From a virus: a stretch of DNA of 64,000 nucleotides. Below the pieces are notes generated by a model, which was not told the DNA's origin, ran no database searches, and saw nothing but the letters and a program-made list of their open reading frames with translations. The stretch covers positions 62,309 to 126,308 of the IMG/VR virus record IMGVR_UViG_3300049440_000308. One strand, 5' to 3'. Position 1 is the first letter of the stretch. Each line of letters opens with the position of its first letter. Positions 1-7,976 of the stretch are shown piece after piece. The position numbers and the translations under genes are program-made.

Positions 1-2
1 AC

Positions 3-242
3 GTGATCGACTACTACGTGGAGAAGGCTGCCGAGGACGCCCGCCGCTCGGCAACCCGCACCCTGGACCTGATCGAGGAAGACCCCCGCAAGGCCTACTG
101 CCAGTTCACCATGACCTTCGCCGAGGCCAACGCCACCAGCAAGCACTCCGGCGGCGAGGTACTTGACGGGCCGGTCGATGAGAAGGTGCTGGCCGAGCTG
201 GCAGCCGCATGGGGCGATACGGAGGATGACGACGATGACTGA
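3..242 (+). CDS. hypothetical protein (possibly 5'-truncated by the window)
   Basis: GC3-rich ORF with acidic tail; stop overlaps the next start. Confidence 0.55.
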   Translation: MIDYYVEKAAEDARRSATRTLDLIEEDPRKAYCQFTMTFAEANATSKHSGGEVLDGPVDEKVLAELAAAWGDTEDDDDD

Positions 243-681
243 CGCGTACGCGGTGATCACCCCGGCGGGGGAACTGTCCTGGTACCCGCTGAGCAAGACG
301 GCCGAGGTGGAGGCCCTGGTTGGCGGGACGGTCGCCCCGGGGGCACTGGACACGGTGACGGTGGCCCCTGCCCGTATCCCGGGGCGCGGCCCGCTGAAGT
401 GCCTCGCCTCCGACATCGGGGCGCTGTTCCCTGACGACTACCCGGCTAACCCGCTAGCGGGGTGGGTGCTCATGTACCTGTCCGGCGGCCGGTATGACCA
501 GGCATCGTGGCACGGCACGGTCGCCCTCACCGAGTATTCGGCCGACCCGGTTACCGGCGAGGTGCTGTGGCCGGGCGAGATGTCGCCCCGCTGGGCGGAT
601 GTCATCACCGTCGCGGTGGGCCGTGCCCGGGAAGCCCTGAGTACGAAGGGAGCCGATCATGGCGATACGCCGCGTGCCTGA
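235..681 (+). CDS. hypothetical protein
   Basis: GGAGG at 221-225, ATG at 235 overlapping the upstream stop, GC3-rich. Confidence 0.7.
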   Translation: MTDAYAVITPAGELSWYPLSKTAEVEALVGGTVAPGALDTVTVAPARIPGRGPLKCLASDIGALFPDDYPANPLAGWVLMYLSGGRYDQASWHGTVALTEYSADPVTGEVLWPGEMSPRWADVITVAVGRAREALSTKGADHGDTPRA

Positions 682-991
682 GATCACCGCCGAGCAGGAG
701 AACTTCCGGGTTGAGCCGGTCGACCTGGGGCCCCGCGTCCGCGCGGTCACCGTCCGCCGTGACCCGGTAGAGCCCGTCCCGGCCGGCACCTACGTGGCCA
801 TGGTGTTCCGGGTAACCGGGTACGACCGGGACTGCGACGGTCACCTGATGGCACGGGTGGAGAACGTGGGCGCGGACGGCGAGGCGACCGGCTGGGAGCA
901 GAACTGCCTCGGTCTGTCCCCGGGGAGCACCTGGGTTATTGACGGGCCGGGCGAACTGGACACGATGACGGAAGGCGGCGGCGAGCGGTGA
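659..991 (+). CDS. hypothetical protein
   Basis: GC3-rich ORF overlapping both neighbours. Confidence 0.65.
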   Translation: MAIRRVPEITAEQENFRVEPVDLGPRVRAVTVRRDPVEPVPAGTYVAMVFRVTGYDRDCDGHLMARVENVGADGEATGWEQNCLGLSPGSTWVIDGPGELDTMTEGGGER

Positions 992-1132
992 GCAGCGACT
1001 ACTACGGCTTCCTCGCCGGGGAGATAGCCGACGCGGGGCGACCCGGACTTCGAGGTCTTCGACCATGACCCGGATGACCCGGACTGCCCGTGTGACGAGT
1101 GCCAGGTTGACCGGGATGACGGCGATGCCTGA
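988..1132 (+). pseudogene. small acidic Cys-containing protein with a 1-nt frameshift in a G run at about 1035-1038
   Basis: MSSDYYGFLAGEIADA in one frame continues as GDPDFEVFDHDPDDPDCPCDECQ..* in the +1 frame; could be a sequencing error. Confidence 0.45.
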
Positions 1133-1466
1133 CGCCCGCGAGGTGAACGAGATGCTGCTGTCACTTGCCCTCCTGCGGCGCTACCCCGCCGCCTTGCAGT
1201 ACGCGGAGGACTTCGGGCGGGTGTGGCGCGCGACCGTGAACGACCCTGAGGGACGCGCGGCCCTCACCCTCACTTACCGGCAGGCGCAGGCTGACGGGGA
1301 GGCCCGCGGCGGCGTGCGGTGCTGCGGGACCACGGGCGAGGTCCACAACCCCTGGTGCAGGACGGGCCCGCGCCGCCGCCGGGCGGAGGACCGCGAGGAA
1401 TGGGACGCCGACCGGGACGAGAAGGACATGGACCCGCACTACTACGACGGAGCGGACGATGCCTGA
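1125..1466 (+). CDS. hypothetical protein with Cys/His motif
   Basis: GC3-rich ORF with CC..HNPWC motif; coupled stops and starts. Confidence 0.6.
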   Translation: MPDAREVNEMLLSLALLRRYPAALQYAEDFGRVWRATVNDPEGRAALTLTYRQAQADGEARGGVRCCGTTGEVHNPWCRTGPRRRRAEDREEWDADRDEKDMDPHYYDGADDA

Positions 1467-1656
1467 GGTCCTGACCCCCAACTGCCCGTTGTGCGGCCAT
1501 CCGCCCCTGTTCACGATCGGCACCACCCAGGCACTGTGCGGGAACCGGGACGGCTGCAACCTGATCATGTGGGACCCGACGCAGAGCCTTGACGCCAACC
1601 TGACAGACGCCGGGATGGTCCACTTCCCGGCAGAGGGAGCGGTGCACGATGAATGA
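1459..1656 (+). CDS. small Cys-rich (Zn-ribbon-like) protein
   Basis: CPLC...CGNRDGC; GGAG upstream. Confidence 0.65.
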   Translation: MPEVLTPNCPLCGHPPLFTIGTTQALCGNRDGCNLIMWDPTQSLDANLTDAGMVHFPAEGAVHDE

Positions 1657-1954
1657 CGAGGACGACCCGGGCCTGCAGCGCATCAGGGACCTGATCGAAG
1701 CCTCTTCCCTGGGCACCCCGTCCGCTAAGCGGCTCCGTGAGAGGACCGGCGACGACGTGATCGAGGACGTGCTGCGGCGGGTGAACGGCAGGCGGCCGGA
1801 CATGATCACCGGCACCACTTACCTTGAGCGCGGCAAGCCCGTCCGGGTGATCGCACGCTGGGGACCAGGCGGCGGCCCCAGGAACGTGCTGGTCGAGCGG
1901 GAGGACGGCAGCAGGGTGGTGCGCCCGTTCCGGGGGCTGAGGAGGCCACGATGA
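1649..1954 (+). CDS. hypothetical protein
   Basis: ATGAATGA overlap with upstream gene; C-terminal YLERGKPVRVIARWGPG...RNVLVEREDGSRVVRPFRGLR resembles motifs recurrent in actinophages. Confidence 0.7.
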   Translation: MNDEDDPGLQRIRDLIEASSLGTPSAKRLRERTGDDVIEDVLRRVNGRRPDMITGTTYLERGKPVRVIARWGPGGGPRNVLVEREDGSRVVRPFRGLRRPR

Positions 1955-2190
1955 CCGAGGATGACCCGCTGACGGGCTTCAGCCCGGACGAGGCGCTTGA
2001 GGAGATCCGCGAGCTGACCAGGGGATTCGGCACGCGCCTGGCGATCTTGGTGCGCCAGCTTGACAACTGCATCGTCCGCTCCGGGGGGACGGCCCTGCCG
2101 CAGGAGTGGCAGTACGAGCCTGCCGTCCACTTCGAGCGCCTGACGAGGAACCAGCCGAGGCGGACGTCAAGGAAGGAGCGGCGACGGTGA
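1951..2190 (+). CDS. hypothetical protein
   Basis: GGAGG SD, ATGA overlap. Confidence 0.65.
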   Translation: MTEDDPLTGFSPDEALEEIRELTRGFGTRLAILVRQLDNCIVRSGGTALPQEWQYEPAVHFERLTRNQPRRTSRKERRR

Positions 2191-2594
2191 GCGGCGACGG
2201 CCTGTTCGCGGGCATGCCCCTTGAGGTTGACCCGGAGATGCCGCCCGGCACGGTCGACCTGCGCTCAGGCAGGCACTGGCGCCGGATGGTGCTGCCTGAC
2301 GCGGTGCGCGTGAAGGCGGACGCCCTGCTGCAGCGCGCCGACGCCGACCCGGAGTTCGCCGCTGAGCTTGCCGAGGAACTCGCTTCCCTCGCTGAGTCAA
2401 GGGACCTCATCACCTACCCGGGGGAGATGACGGCGCCGGAGGCGTGCGGGGCGTGCGGCACGCCGGTCACGCTCGTGCCCGAGAGGCCAGTGAGCGCCCC
2501 GCGTGACAGCGACCTGGAGCTCGCGCGGTGGGAGACAGCGCAGTGGCGCAAGCACACCCCGCGACGGTGCGAGGCGATGCGGGAGGAAGCGTGA
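2187..2594 (+). CDS. hypothetical protein
   Basis: AAGGAG SD, GTGA overlap, CGAC motif. Confidence 0.65.
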   Translation: MSGDGLFAGMPLEVDPEMPPGTVDLRSGRHWRRMVLPDAVRVKADALLQRADADPEFAAELAEELASLAESRDLITYPGEMTAPEACGACGTPVTLVPERPVSAPRDSDLELARWETAQWRKHTPRRCEAMREEA

Positions 2595-2932
2595 TGACCC
2601 TCCGCGCACGGTTCGCCCGCAGGCTCCGCTTCGCCGCTGACCGTATTGACCCCGCCGGGGCGCCGAGGGCCATGAGCGCCTCGTTCACATTCGAGGAGCG
2701 GACTGGGATCGTGTTCCGGGATGACGGCCGGGGATGCCGCCTGTGGTACTACGCGGACTACGAGCGGGCGCACGACGAGGCCGGGCCGACAGCCAGCGGG
2801 AGCACGGAGGTGTGGCTGCCGCAGCGGGTCCCCGCGGGCACCGTGCTCACCGGACGGCACCGCGAGCCCGCGCCCCCCACGGCCGCTCCCGTGTTCACCA
2901 TGACGTTCAACGTCCCGAAGGAGCCCGGATGA
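2591..2932 (+). CDS. hypothetical protein
   Basis: GGAGG SD, GTGA overlap. Confidence 0.6.
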   Translation: MMTLRARFARRLRFAADRIDPAGAPRAMSASFTFEERTGIVFRDDGRGCRLWYYADYERAHDEAGPTASGSTEVWLPQRVPAGTVLTGRHREPAPPTAAPVFTMTFNVPKEPG

Positions 2933-3342
2933 TGAGCGACGACAACCCGCGCGATGCCTGGGAGCTGAGCCGTCACCGCTACGAGCAGGCGCTCGCCCGG
3001 GTGGAGGCCGCCGTGACCGCCGGCTGCCCGCCGGGGGACCCTGACCTGCTCAACGAGATGCGGATTATCCGGATGGTCGGGATCACCCGGGCACCGTGGT
3101 ACGGGATGATCATCGACCCGGAGGACAGCAGCGTCGACGTCGGCGTGATGATGCGCAACGCCTTCGAGGCGGTAGGCGACCACGTTGACTACCCGACGGA
3201 CAAGGGCCTGGAGACGCGGGCCCGGCACTACTTCACCCTGCGGTACCTGCCGTTGTGGCGGCGGGGCAAGCGCGAGTACCACCAGTGGCTGGACACCCTG
3301 AGCTTGCAGAGGCCGCCGGAACGGGAGGCACCCGGTGACTGA
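2929..3342 (+). CDS. hypothetical protein
   Basis: AAGGAG SD, ATGA overlap, GC3-rich. Confidence 0.65.
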   Translation: MMSDDNPRDAWELSRHRYEQALARVEAAVTAGCPPGDPDLLNEMRIIRMVGITRAPWYGMIIDPEDSSVDVGVMMRNAFEAVGDHVDYPTDKGLETRARHYFTLRYLPLWRRGKREYHQWLDTLSLQRPPEREAPGD

Positions 3343-3520
3343 GCCGCTGGGCCGGAAGATACGGATCGGCGTGAAGTCCGCGTGCGGTCACTCATGGACT
3401 GAGACGAGGCCGCCGAACGTGACCGCCCCGGTGAACGGCGAGATGCGCGCGTGCGGCCACCCGGACTGCTACCCGGCCCCTTACCCGGTCACCTACTCTG
3501 AGCCGGTCGAGGTGCCGTGA
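3335..3520 (+). CDS. small Cys/His protein
   Basis: GGAGG SD; two CGH motifs. Confidence 0.6.
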   Translation: MTEPLGRKIRIGVKSACGHSWTETRPPNVTAPVNGEMRACGHPDCYPAPYPVTYSEPVEVP

Positions 3521-3687
3521 GCAAGCTGAAGCGCCGCACTCGCCGCCTGCTCATCGGCGTCCTGGCAGGGGCCGGGGCGCTGTTCTCGTCCCTTGCCGCG
3601 ATCGCCCCCCAGTTCCCCGGCGGGATCTTCGGCGCGCTGAGTTCCCTGTCCTGGCTGGCGGCTGTCTGCCTGGCGGCGAGGCGGTGA
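3517..3687 (+). CDS. small two-helix membrane protein (not in the ORF track)
   Basis: GTGA overlap; MSKLKRRTRR followed by two hydrophobic stretches. Confidence 0.55.
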   Translation: MSKLKRRTRRLLIGVLAGAGALFSSLAAIAPQFPGGIFGALSSLSWLAAVCLAARR

Positions 3688-3690
3688 CCG

Positions 3691-3942
3691 TCAAGCTCTG
3701 CGCAAGACCTGCTGCCCGTACCGCACGCCCTTGACGTAGAGCTCGAAGCCTTCGGCAAACCCGTCCGGCACCGTGGCCAGAGGGCGCCAGTCCCCTTCCC
3801 CGTCGGTTGTCCCGATCTGGCCATGTTCGGCGAGGTACGCCATGACGGCCTCCCTGGCGGCGCTGCCGCTGGCGTATCCGGGCTCTTGCGGCATGCCGCC
3901 GTACGGCCACCAAATCCAAAGCTCTGGCGTCTGCTCTGTCAT
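3691..3942 (-). CDS. hypothetical protein
   Basis: GC3-rich minus-strand ORF convergent with 3687 and divergent from the late region. Confidence 0.6.
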   Translation of the reverse strand: MTEQTPELWIWWPYGGMPQEPGYASGSAAREAVMAYLAEHGQIGTTDGEGDWRPLATVPDGFAEGFELYVKGVRYGQQVLRRA

Positions 3943-3978
3943 GCGATTACCCTAGGGCACCTCATCGCGCTCGTGTGA

Positions 3979-4025
3979 CTGCACGTGCATCTGCACAGTG
4001 CACGCGGCTACGCTTTAGGTACTAT
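3979..4025 (+). promoter_or_regulatory. putative late promoter with TGCACGTGCATCTGCAC motif
   Basis: Motif at 3980-3996 is identical to 27077-27093; TACTAT at 4020-4025. Confidence 0.55.
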
Positions 4026-4192
4026 GACGACCGACCGCCCCGCCGACCGCGCTGACCTCACTGACGCGCCCCCCGGGGGCACCGCGTGAGGCTCCGCTGG
4101 CTGGCTGCCCTCGCCGCTGCCGCCGTCGCTGCCGTCATCGCCCGGGTACTGCGCCGCCGTGCCGCCGGGAACCCCCCGCCGGAGGGGCACCC

Positions 4193-4573
4193 GTGACCGG
4201 CGACATCACCGGGCCTGGCCTCACAGAGGCCCCCCGCACCGCCCTGGACAAGGCCCTCGGCTACGTGCCCCGCGCCCTGGCCAGTCACGCCCACGTCCTG
4301 GCCCTCGGTGTCCTCGGCCTCTACCTCGTCCTGCTGCCGCTGCTGTCCGTGAACGTGTCCGCGAAAGCCGAGCTGATCGGCGGCAACTACTGCAACGTCA
4401 CCAGCGACATCGGGGCGTGCATCGCCGCGGGCGGAACCGTGGCCCTGCTGCGGCACTCCCGCAGGCGGAACCGCATCGCGGAGGCCACCCACCGGATCAC
4501 CGCCGACCTGTACCGCTTCCACGCCGGCCAGGCCCACCCCGACGCCCCGCAGTCACCGGGAGGCGGCGCATGA
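4193..4573 (+). CDS. membrane protein, possible holin
   Basis: Hydrophobic segments (HVLALGVLGLYLVLLPLL; IGACIAAGGTVALL) followed by a basic stretch; GGAGG SD. Confidence 0.55.
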   Translation: MTGDITGPGLTEAPRTALDKALGYVPRALASHAHVLALGVLGLYLVLLPLLSVNVSAKAELIGGNYCNVTSDIGACIAAGGTVALLRHSRRRNRIAEATHRITADLYRFHAGQAHPDAPQSPGGGA

Positions 4574-4881
4574 CCCGCACCAGGGACCAGCTCGACCGGA
4601 TCGAGGCATCCCTCGCCCGCCTTGAGGAGGCCCTCAACGGCCACGCCGCCGTCCTGCGCGACCAGCTTGTCACCACCAGGATCGACGCCGCTGCCGCCCG
4701 CCGCTCCGCCGACTCCGCCCACGCCGGAGTCAGGGCACTCGCCGACATGCTCCCCCTCGACCCTTCCCCTAACCGGGCCCCGCAGCCGCCCTCTGCGGTG
4801 CCCACCGCGGCGGGCGGCGAACCAGGAGGGGAACCTGGCGCCGCCCGCCGCACCCCCACCGGGCCCACGGAGAAGATGTAG
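4570..4881 (+). CDS. coiled-coil hypothetical protein
   Basis: ATGA overlap; heptad-like LDRIEASLARLEEAL. Confidence 0.6.
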   Translation: MTRTRDQLDRIEASLARLEEALNGHAAVLRDQLVTTRIDAAAARRSADSAHAGVRALADMLPLDPSPNRAPQPPSAVPTAAGGEPGGEPGAARRTPTGPTEKM

Positions 4882-4904
4882 ATGACGGGCAGCCGGGCGA
4901 ACCC

Positions 4905-5492
4905 ATGACCGCGCGAACCCAGCGCGGCGGCAACGGCCGATTCACCCGCACCGCCGCTACCCGCAAACGCGACTGCCGCGCCGCGGAACTTCACGGGCAG
5001 GGCTGGTCATACCAGCGGATCGCCGACGAGCTCGGCTTCGCCTCCAAGGGCCACGCGCACGACGCCGTGATGCGCGCCTACGCCGACATGCCCACCGAGG
5101 AGGCGCGGCAGGCCCGCCAGACCGACCTTGACCGCATCGACCGGCTTATCGAGAAGAACTGGGAGGCCCTGGAACGGCAGCACATCGCCGTCTCCAACGG
5201 CCGGGTCGTCCGCCGCTTCGTCGGCATCGAACGCGATGAGGACGGCATCGAGCGCCTCGACCCGGACGGGAAGGTAATCCCCGTCTTCGAGGATGTCCTC
5301 GACGACGGGCCCGTCGCGGTCCACTCCACCGTCATCTTGCGGCTGATCGCGCAGCGAGAGAAGATCTTCGGTTACGGTGCCCCCGCCCAGTCCCGCATCG
5401 AGGTGATCACCGCCGACATGGTGGAGTCGCACATCGCCGAGCTTGAATCCCAGCTGGCCCGCAATGACCCTGCAGGTACAGGCCCCGCCTGA
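4905..5492 (+). CDS. terS: terminase small subunit
   Basis: N-terminal HTH (GWSYQRIADELGFASKGHAHDAV), helical body, position directly before terL. Confidence 0.75.
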   Translation: MTARTQRGGNGRFTRTAATRKRDCRAAELHGQGWSYQRIADELGFASKGHAHDAVMRAYADMPTEEARQARQTDLDRIDRLIEKNWEALERQHIAVSNGRVVRRFVGIERDEDGIERLDPDGKVIPVFEDVLDDGPVAVHSTVILRLIAQREKIFGYGAPAQSRIEVITADMVESHIAELESQLARNDPAGTGPA

Positions 5493-7153
5493 CCGGCTGC
5501 GCTACCTGCTGGAACTGCAGCGGCGCGCGGCGAGGATCAAACCGGGGGTCGCCCGCTACTACCATGACCCGCTGGCGTTCGCCGCCGACTGCATCGACTG
5601 GCGCGGTACTGACGGGCTGACCGGCTACCAGGAGGACATCATCGGGGGCCTGCCGCAGCGTAAGCGCACTGCGGTCCGCGGCCCCCATGGATTAAGGACT
5701 AGGCAAATCGGCTATCTCCGCGGTGACGGTCCTGTGGTTCGCGCTGACCAGGGACGCCGCCGGGGTCGACTGGAAGGTCGCGACGACCGCCGGCGGCTGG
5801 CACCAACTGACACAGTACTTGTGGCCGGAGATCCACAAGTGGTCCGGGCGACTGCGCTGGGACAAGGTCCGCGACGGCCGGCCGTTCACCCGGTCCGAGC
5901 TGCAGAACCTGAACCTGCGGCTCGCCCACGGGCATGCCTTCGCGGGGGCATCCGCTAACGCCGCCCTGATCGAGGGCGCGCACGCCGACTCGCTGCTGTT
6001 CGTGTTCGACGAGTCCAAGGCGATCCCCGCGGGCACCTTCGACGCCTGCGAGGGCGCGTTCTCCGGCGCCGGGGAGGGCGGTACCGAGGCGTTCGCCCTG
6101 GCCCTGTCGACCCCGGGGGCACCGCAGGGCCGCTTCTACGACATCCAGTCACGCCGCCCCGGTTACGAGGACTGGCACCCTGTCCACGTTACCCTCGCCG
6201 CCGCCATGGCCGCCGGGCGGATCACCGCCGAGTGGGCACGGCAGCGCCTGCGGCAGTGGGGCGAGCAGTCAGCGATCTACCAGAACCGTGTCCTCGGGGA
6301 GTTCCACGCCGAGGACGAGGATGCGGTCATCCCCCTCGCCTGGGCGGAGGCCGCAGTGGAACGCTGGCACCAGTGGGAGGCCGCGGGCAAGCCCGACACG
6401 GGCAGGCCTCGTACCGTCGGCGTGGACGTCGCCCGGTTCGGCGGAGACAAGACGGTCCTCGCGGTCCGCAACGGCCCGGTGATCACCGAACTGCGCCGGT
6501 ACACCAAGGAAGACACCATGGCCACCACCGGCCGCGTGAAGGGCATCCTGGCGGCGGACGACTCCCGCATCGCGGTGGTCGACGTGATCGGCATCGGCGC
6601 CGGGGTGGTCGACCGGCTCCGCGAGCAGCACGCCCGCGTCGTGGCGTTCAACGCCTCCCGTGGCTCCAAGGCCCGTGACAGCACGAGGGAGATGGGCTTC
6701 TACAACCGCAGGAGCGAAGCCTGGTGGACGCTCCGGGAAGCCCTCGACCCGTCCGCCGGCCCTGACATCTGCCTGCCCGATGACGAGATGCTCCTCGGTG
6801 ACCTGTCCACCCCTAAGTGGGAGGTCCGTTCCGGAGGCAAGATCCTGGTGGAAAGCACCGATGACATCCGGGAGCGCATCGGCCGTTCCCCCGACGACGG
6901 AACCGCGGTCGTGCAGGCGTTCGTCCCGCATCTCGGCGACGCCTCGCCGGCCACCGTCCGCCAGTGGGCCGGCGCTGCCGGCCTGGCTGACATGGGCGTG
7001 AACGAGGAAACGAAAGCGCACAGGCGGATGCGGGAGATTCAGGGGCGCGCGGCGGAGGGCCTTGAGGACGCGCCTTGGGATCTAGACGGTTTCGGCCCGC
7101 AGGACGAGGCGGAGGCGAGGCCTCGCGGCAACAACGTCAGGACATGGCGGTAG
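5464..7153 (+). CDS. terL: terminase large subunit, interrupted by a 7-nt insert in Walker A (joins 5464-5691 with 5699-7153)
   Basis: AVRGPHG / LGKS Walker A split across frames; Walker B LLFVFDE; RNase H-like nuclease motifs VGVDVARFGGDKT, DVIGIG and SPDDG. Confidence 0.9.
5689..5698 (+). other. candidate translational bypass element GGA-TTAA-GGA
   Basis: Matching GGA codons flank the rare TTA; skipping 7 nt restores GPHGLGKS. Confidence 0.7.
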
Positions 7154-7174
7154 GCGTCGGGAGGGAGGCGGCGC

Positions 7175-7249
7175 CCGGCACTGAAGTTTGTCTGCGCGCT
7201 CGCGTCTCAGTGCCGGATACCCGTCTATGAGAATGCGCAGCTAGACGGG
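7175..7249. other. two tandem hairpins downstream of terL
   Basis: CCGGCACTGA/TCAGTGCCGG (7175-7216) and CCCGTCTA/TAGACGGG (7220-7249). Confidence 0.5.
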
Positions 7250-7325
7250 CACGCGGAGCGCCGCCCCCTCGGCCGCCTAGCCTAGCGCAAGGGTAAACGT
7301 CAGGGCGTGGCGGTAGGGTGCCCCC

Positions 7326-7508
7326 GTGAGCCCGATCCTGACCTGGGAAGGCGCCGGAGAGGTGCCGAACTTCTGCCCGCAGGGCTGCGGCGGCATCAGC
7401 GAGGACGTCTACGGCGGCCCCTGCCAGGCCTGCTGGGCTGAGGTTGACCGGGAGGAACAGGCCCGGGACGAGGAGGACGAGCGGTGGCGTCAGGGGCGCG
7501 GCGGCTTA
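7326..7508 (+). CDS. small Cys-containing protein; true end uncertain (runs into a TTA at 7506 and the convergent gene)
   Basis: GC3-rich CPQGC..CQAC segment; weak SD. Confidence 0.35.
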
Positions 7509-7715
7509 GCCCACCACAACTGCCCGACCGCGACCTCACCGCCGGGGTTCTCCCGCAGGAACGCAAGCGCCTGGTCGACCCCGGCCCGGCAGGACGCGCA
7601 GTCGTGCATCAGCCCCAGCGTCCGCACCTGCCCGGGATCCCCGGTGACCGTCCAGTCGGCATGGTGCAGCCGCTCCCCGATGTTCGCCGCGAGCCGCTCC
7701 GACACCTTGCGCAGG
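7490..7715 (-). CDS. hypothetical protein (start uncertain)
   Basis: Minus frame reads as natural protein (HHADWTVTGDPGQVRTLGLMHDCASC) with high GC3. Confidence 0.5.
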
Positions 7716-7815
7716 TCACGCCCGGGACGGCACGCCAGTGCAAGACGTGCACGAAGGCGAAGGCGAAGGAGGCGACGGCCAGGCGCAAGGCTGCGTGACC
7801 TGACCGCTGCCACGG

Positions 7816-7848
7816 AAGGGCCGGGGGCGTTGCGCGTCCCCGGCCCTT
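7816..7848. terminator. GC-rich hairpin
   Basis: AAGGGCCGGGG/CCCCGGCCCTT 11-bp stem. Confidence 0.45.
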
Positions 7849-7891
7849 AGCTATGCCCGCTCCCGTCCCGCCTGTATCGTGGTGCGCAGCG

Positions 7892-7916
7892 TGCACGTGC
7901 ATCCGTTCCGTGCATC
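7892..7916. promoter_or_regulatory. TGCACGTGCATC motif upstream of portal
   Basis: Palindrome at 7892-7901 plus a second GTGCATC. Confidence 0.5.
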
Positions 7917-7976
7917 CGCAATTGCAGCAGGCGCCCGCGTGCGCCATGAGCAGCGGTGAGGAGGTGATGCCAGGTC

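Noticed and set aside
1030-1045. Frameshift in the small 988-1132 gene as another recoding site
   Set aside because: One extra G in a G run, with no TTA and no matched codons; a mutation or sequencing error is more likely. It is a caution that indels exist in this sequence.
7484-7798. Plus-strand 104-aa ORF
   Set aside because: It is the in-register antisense shadow of the more natural minus-strand gene at 7490-7715.
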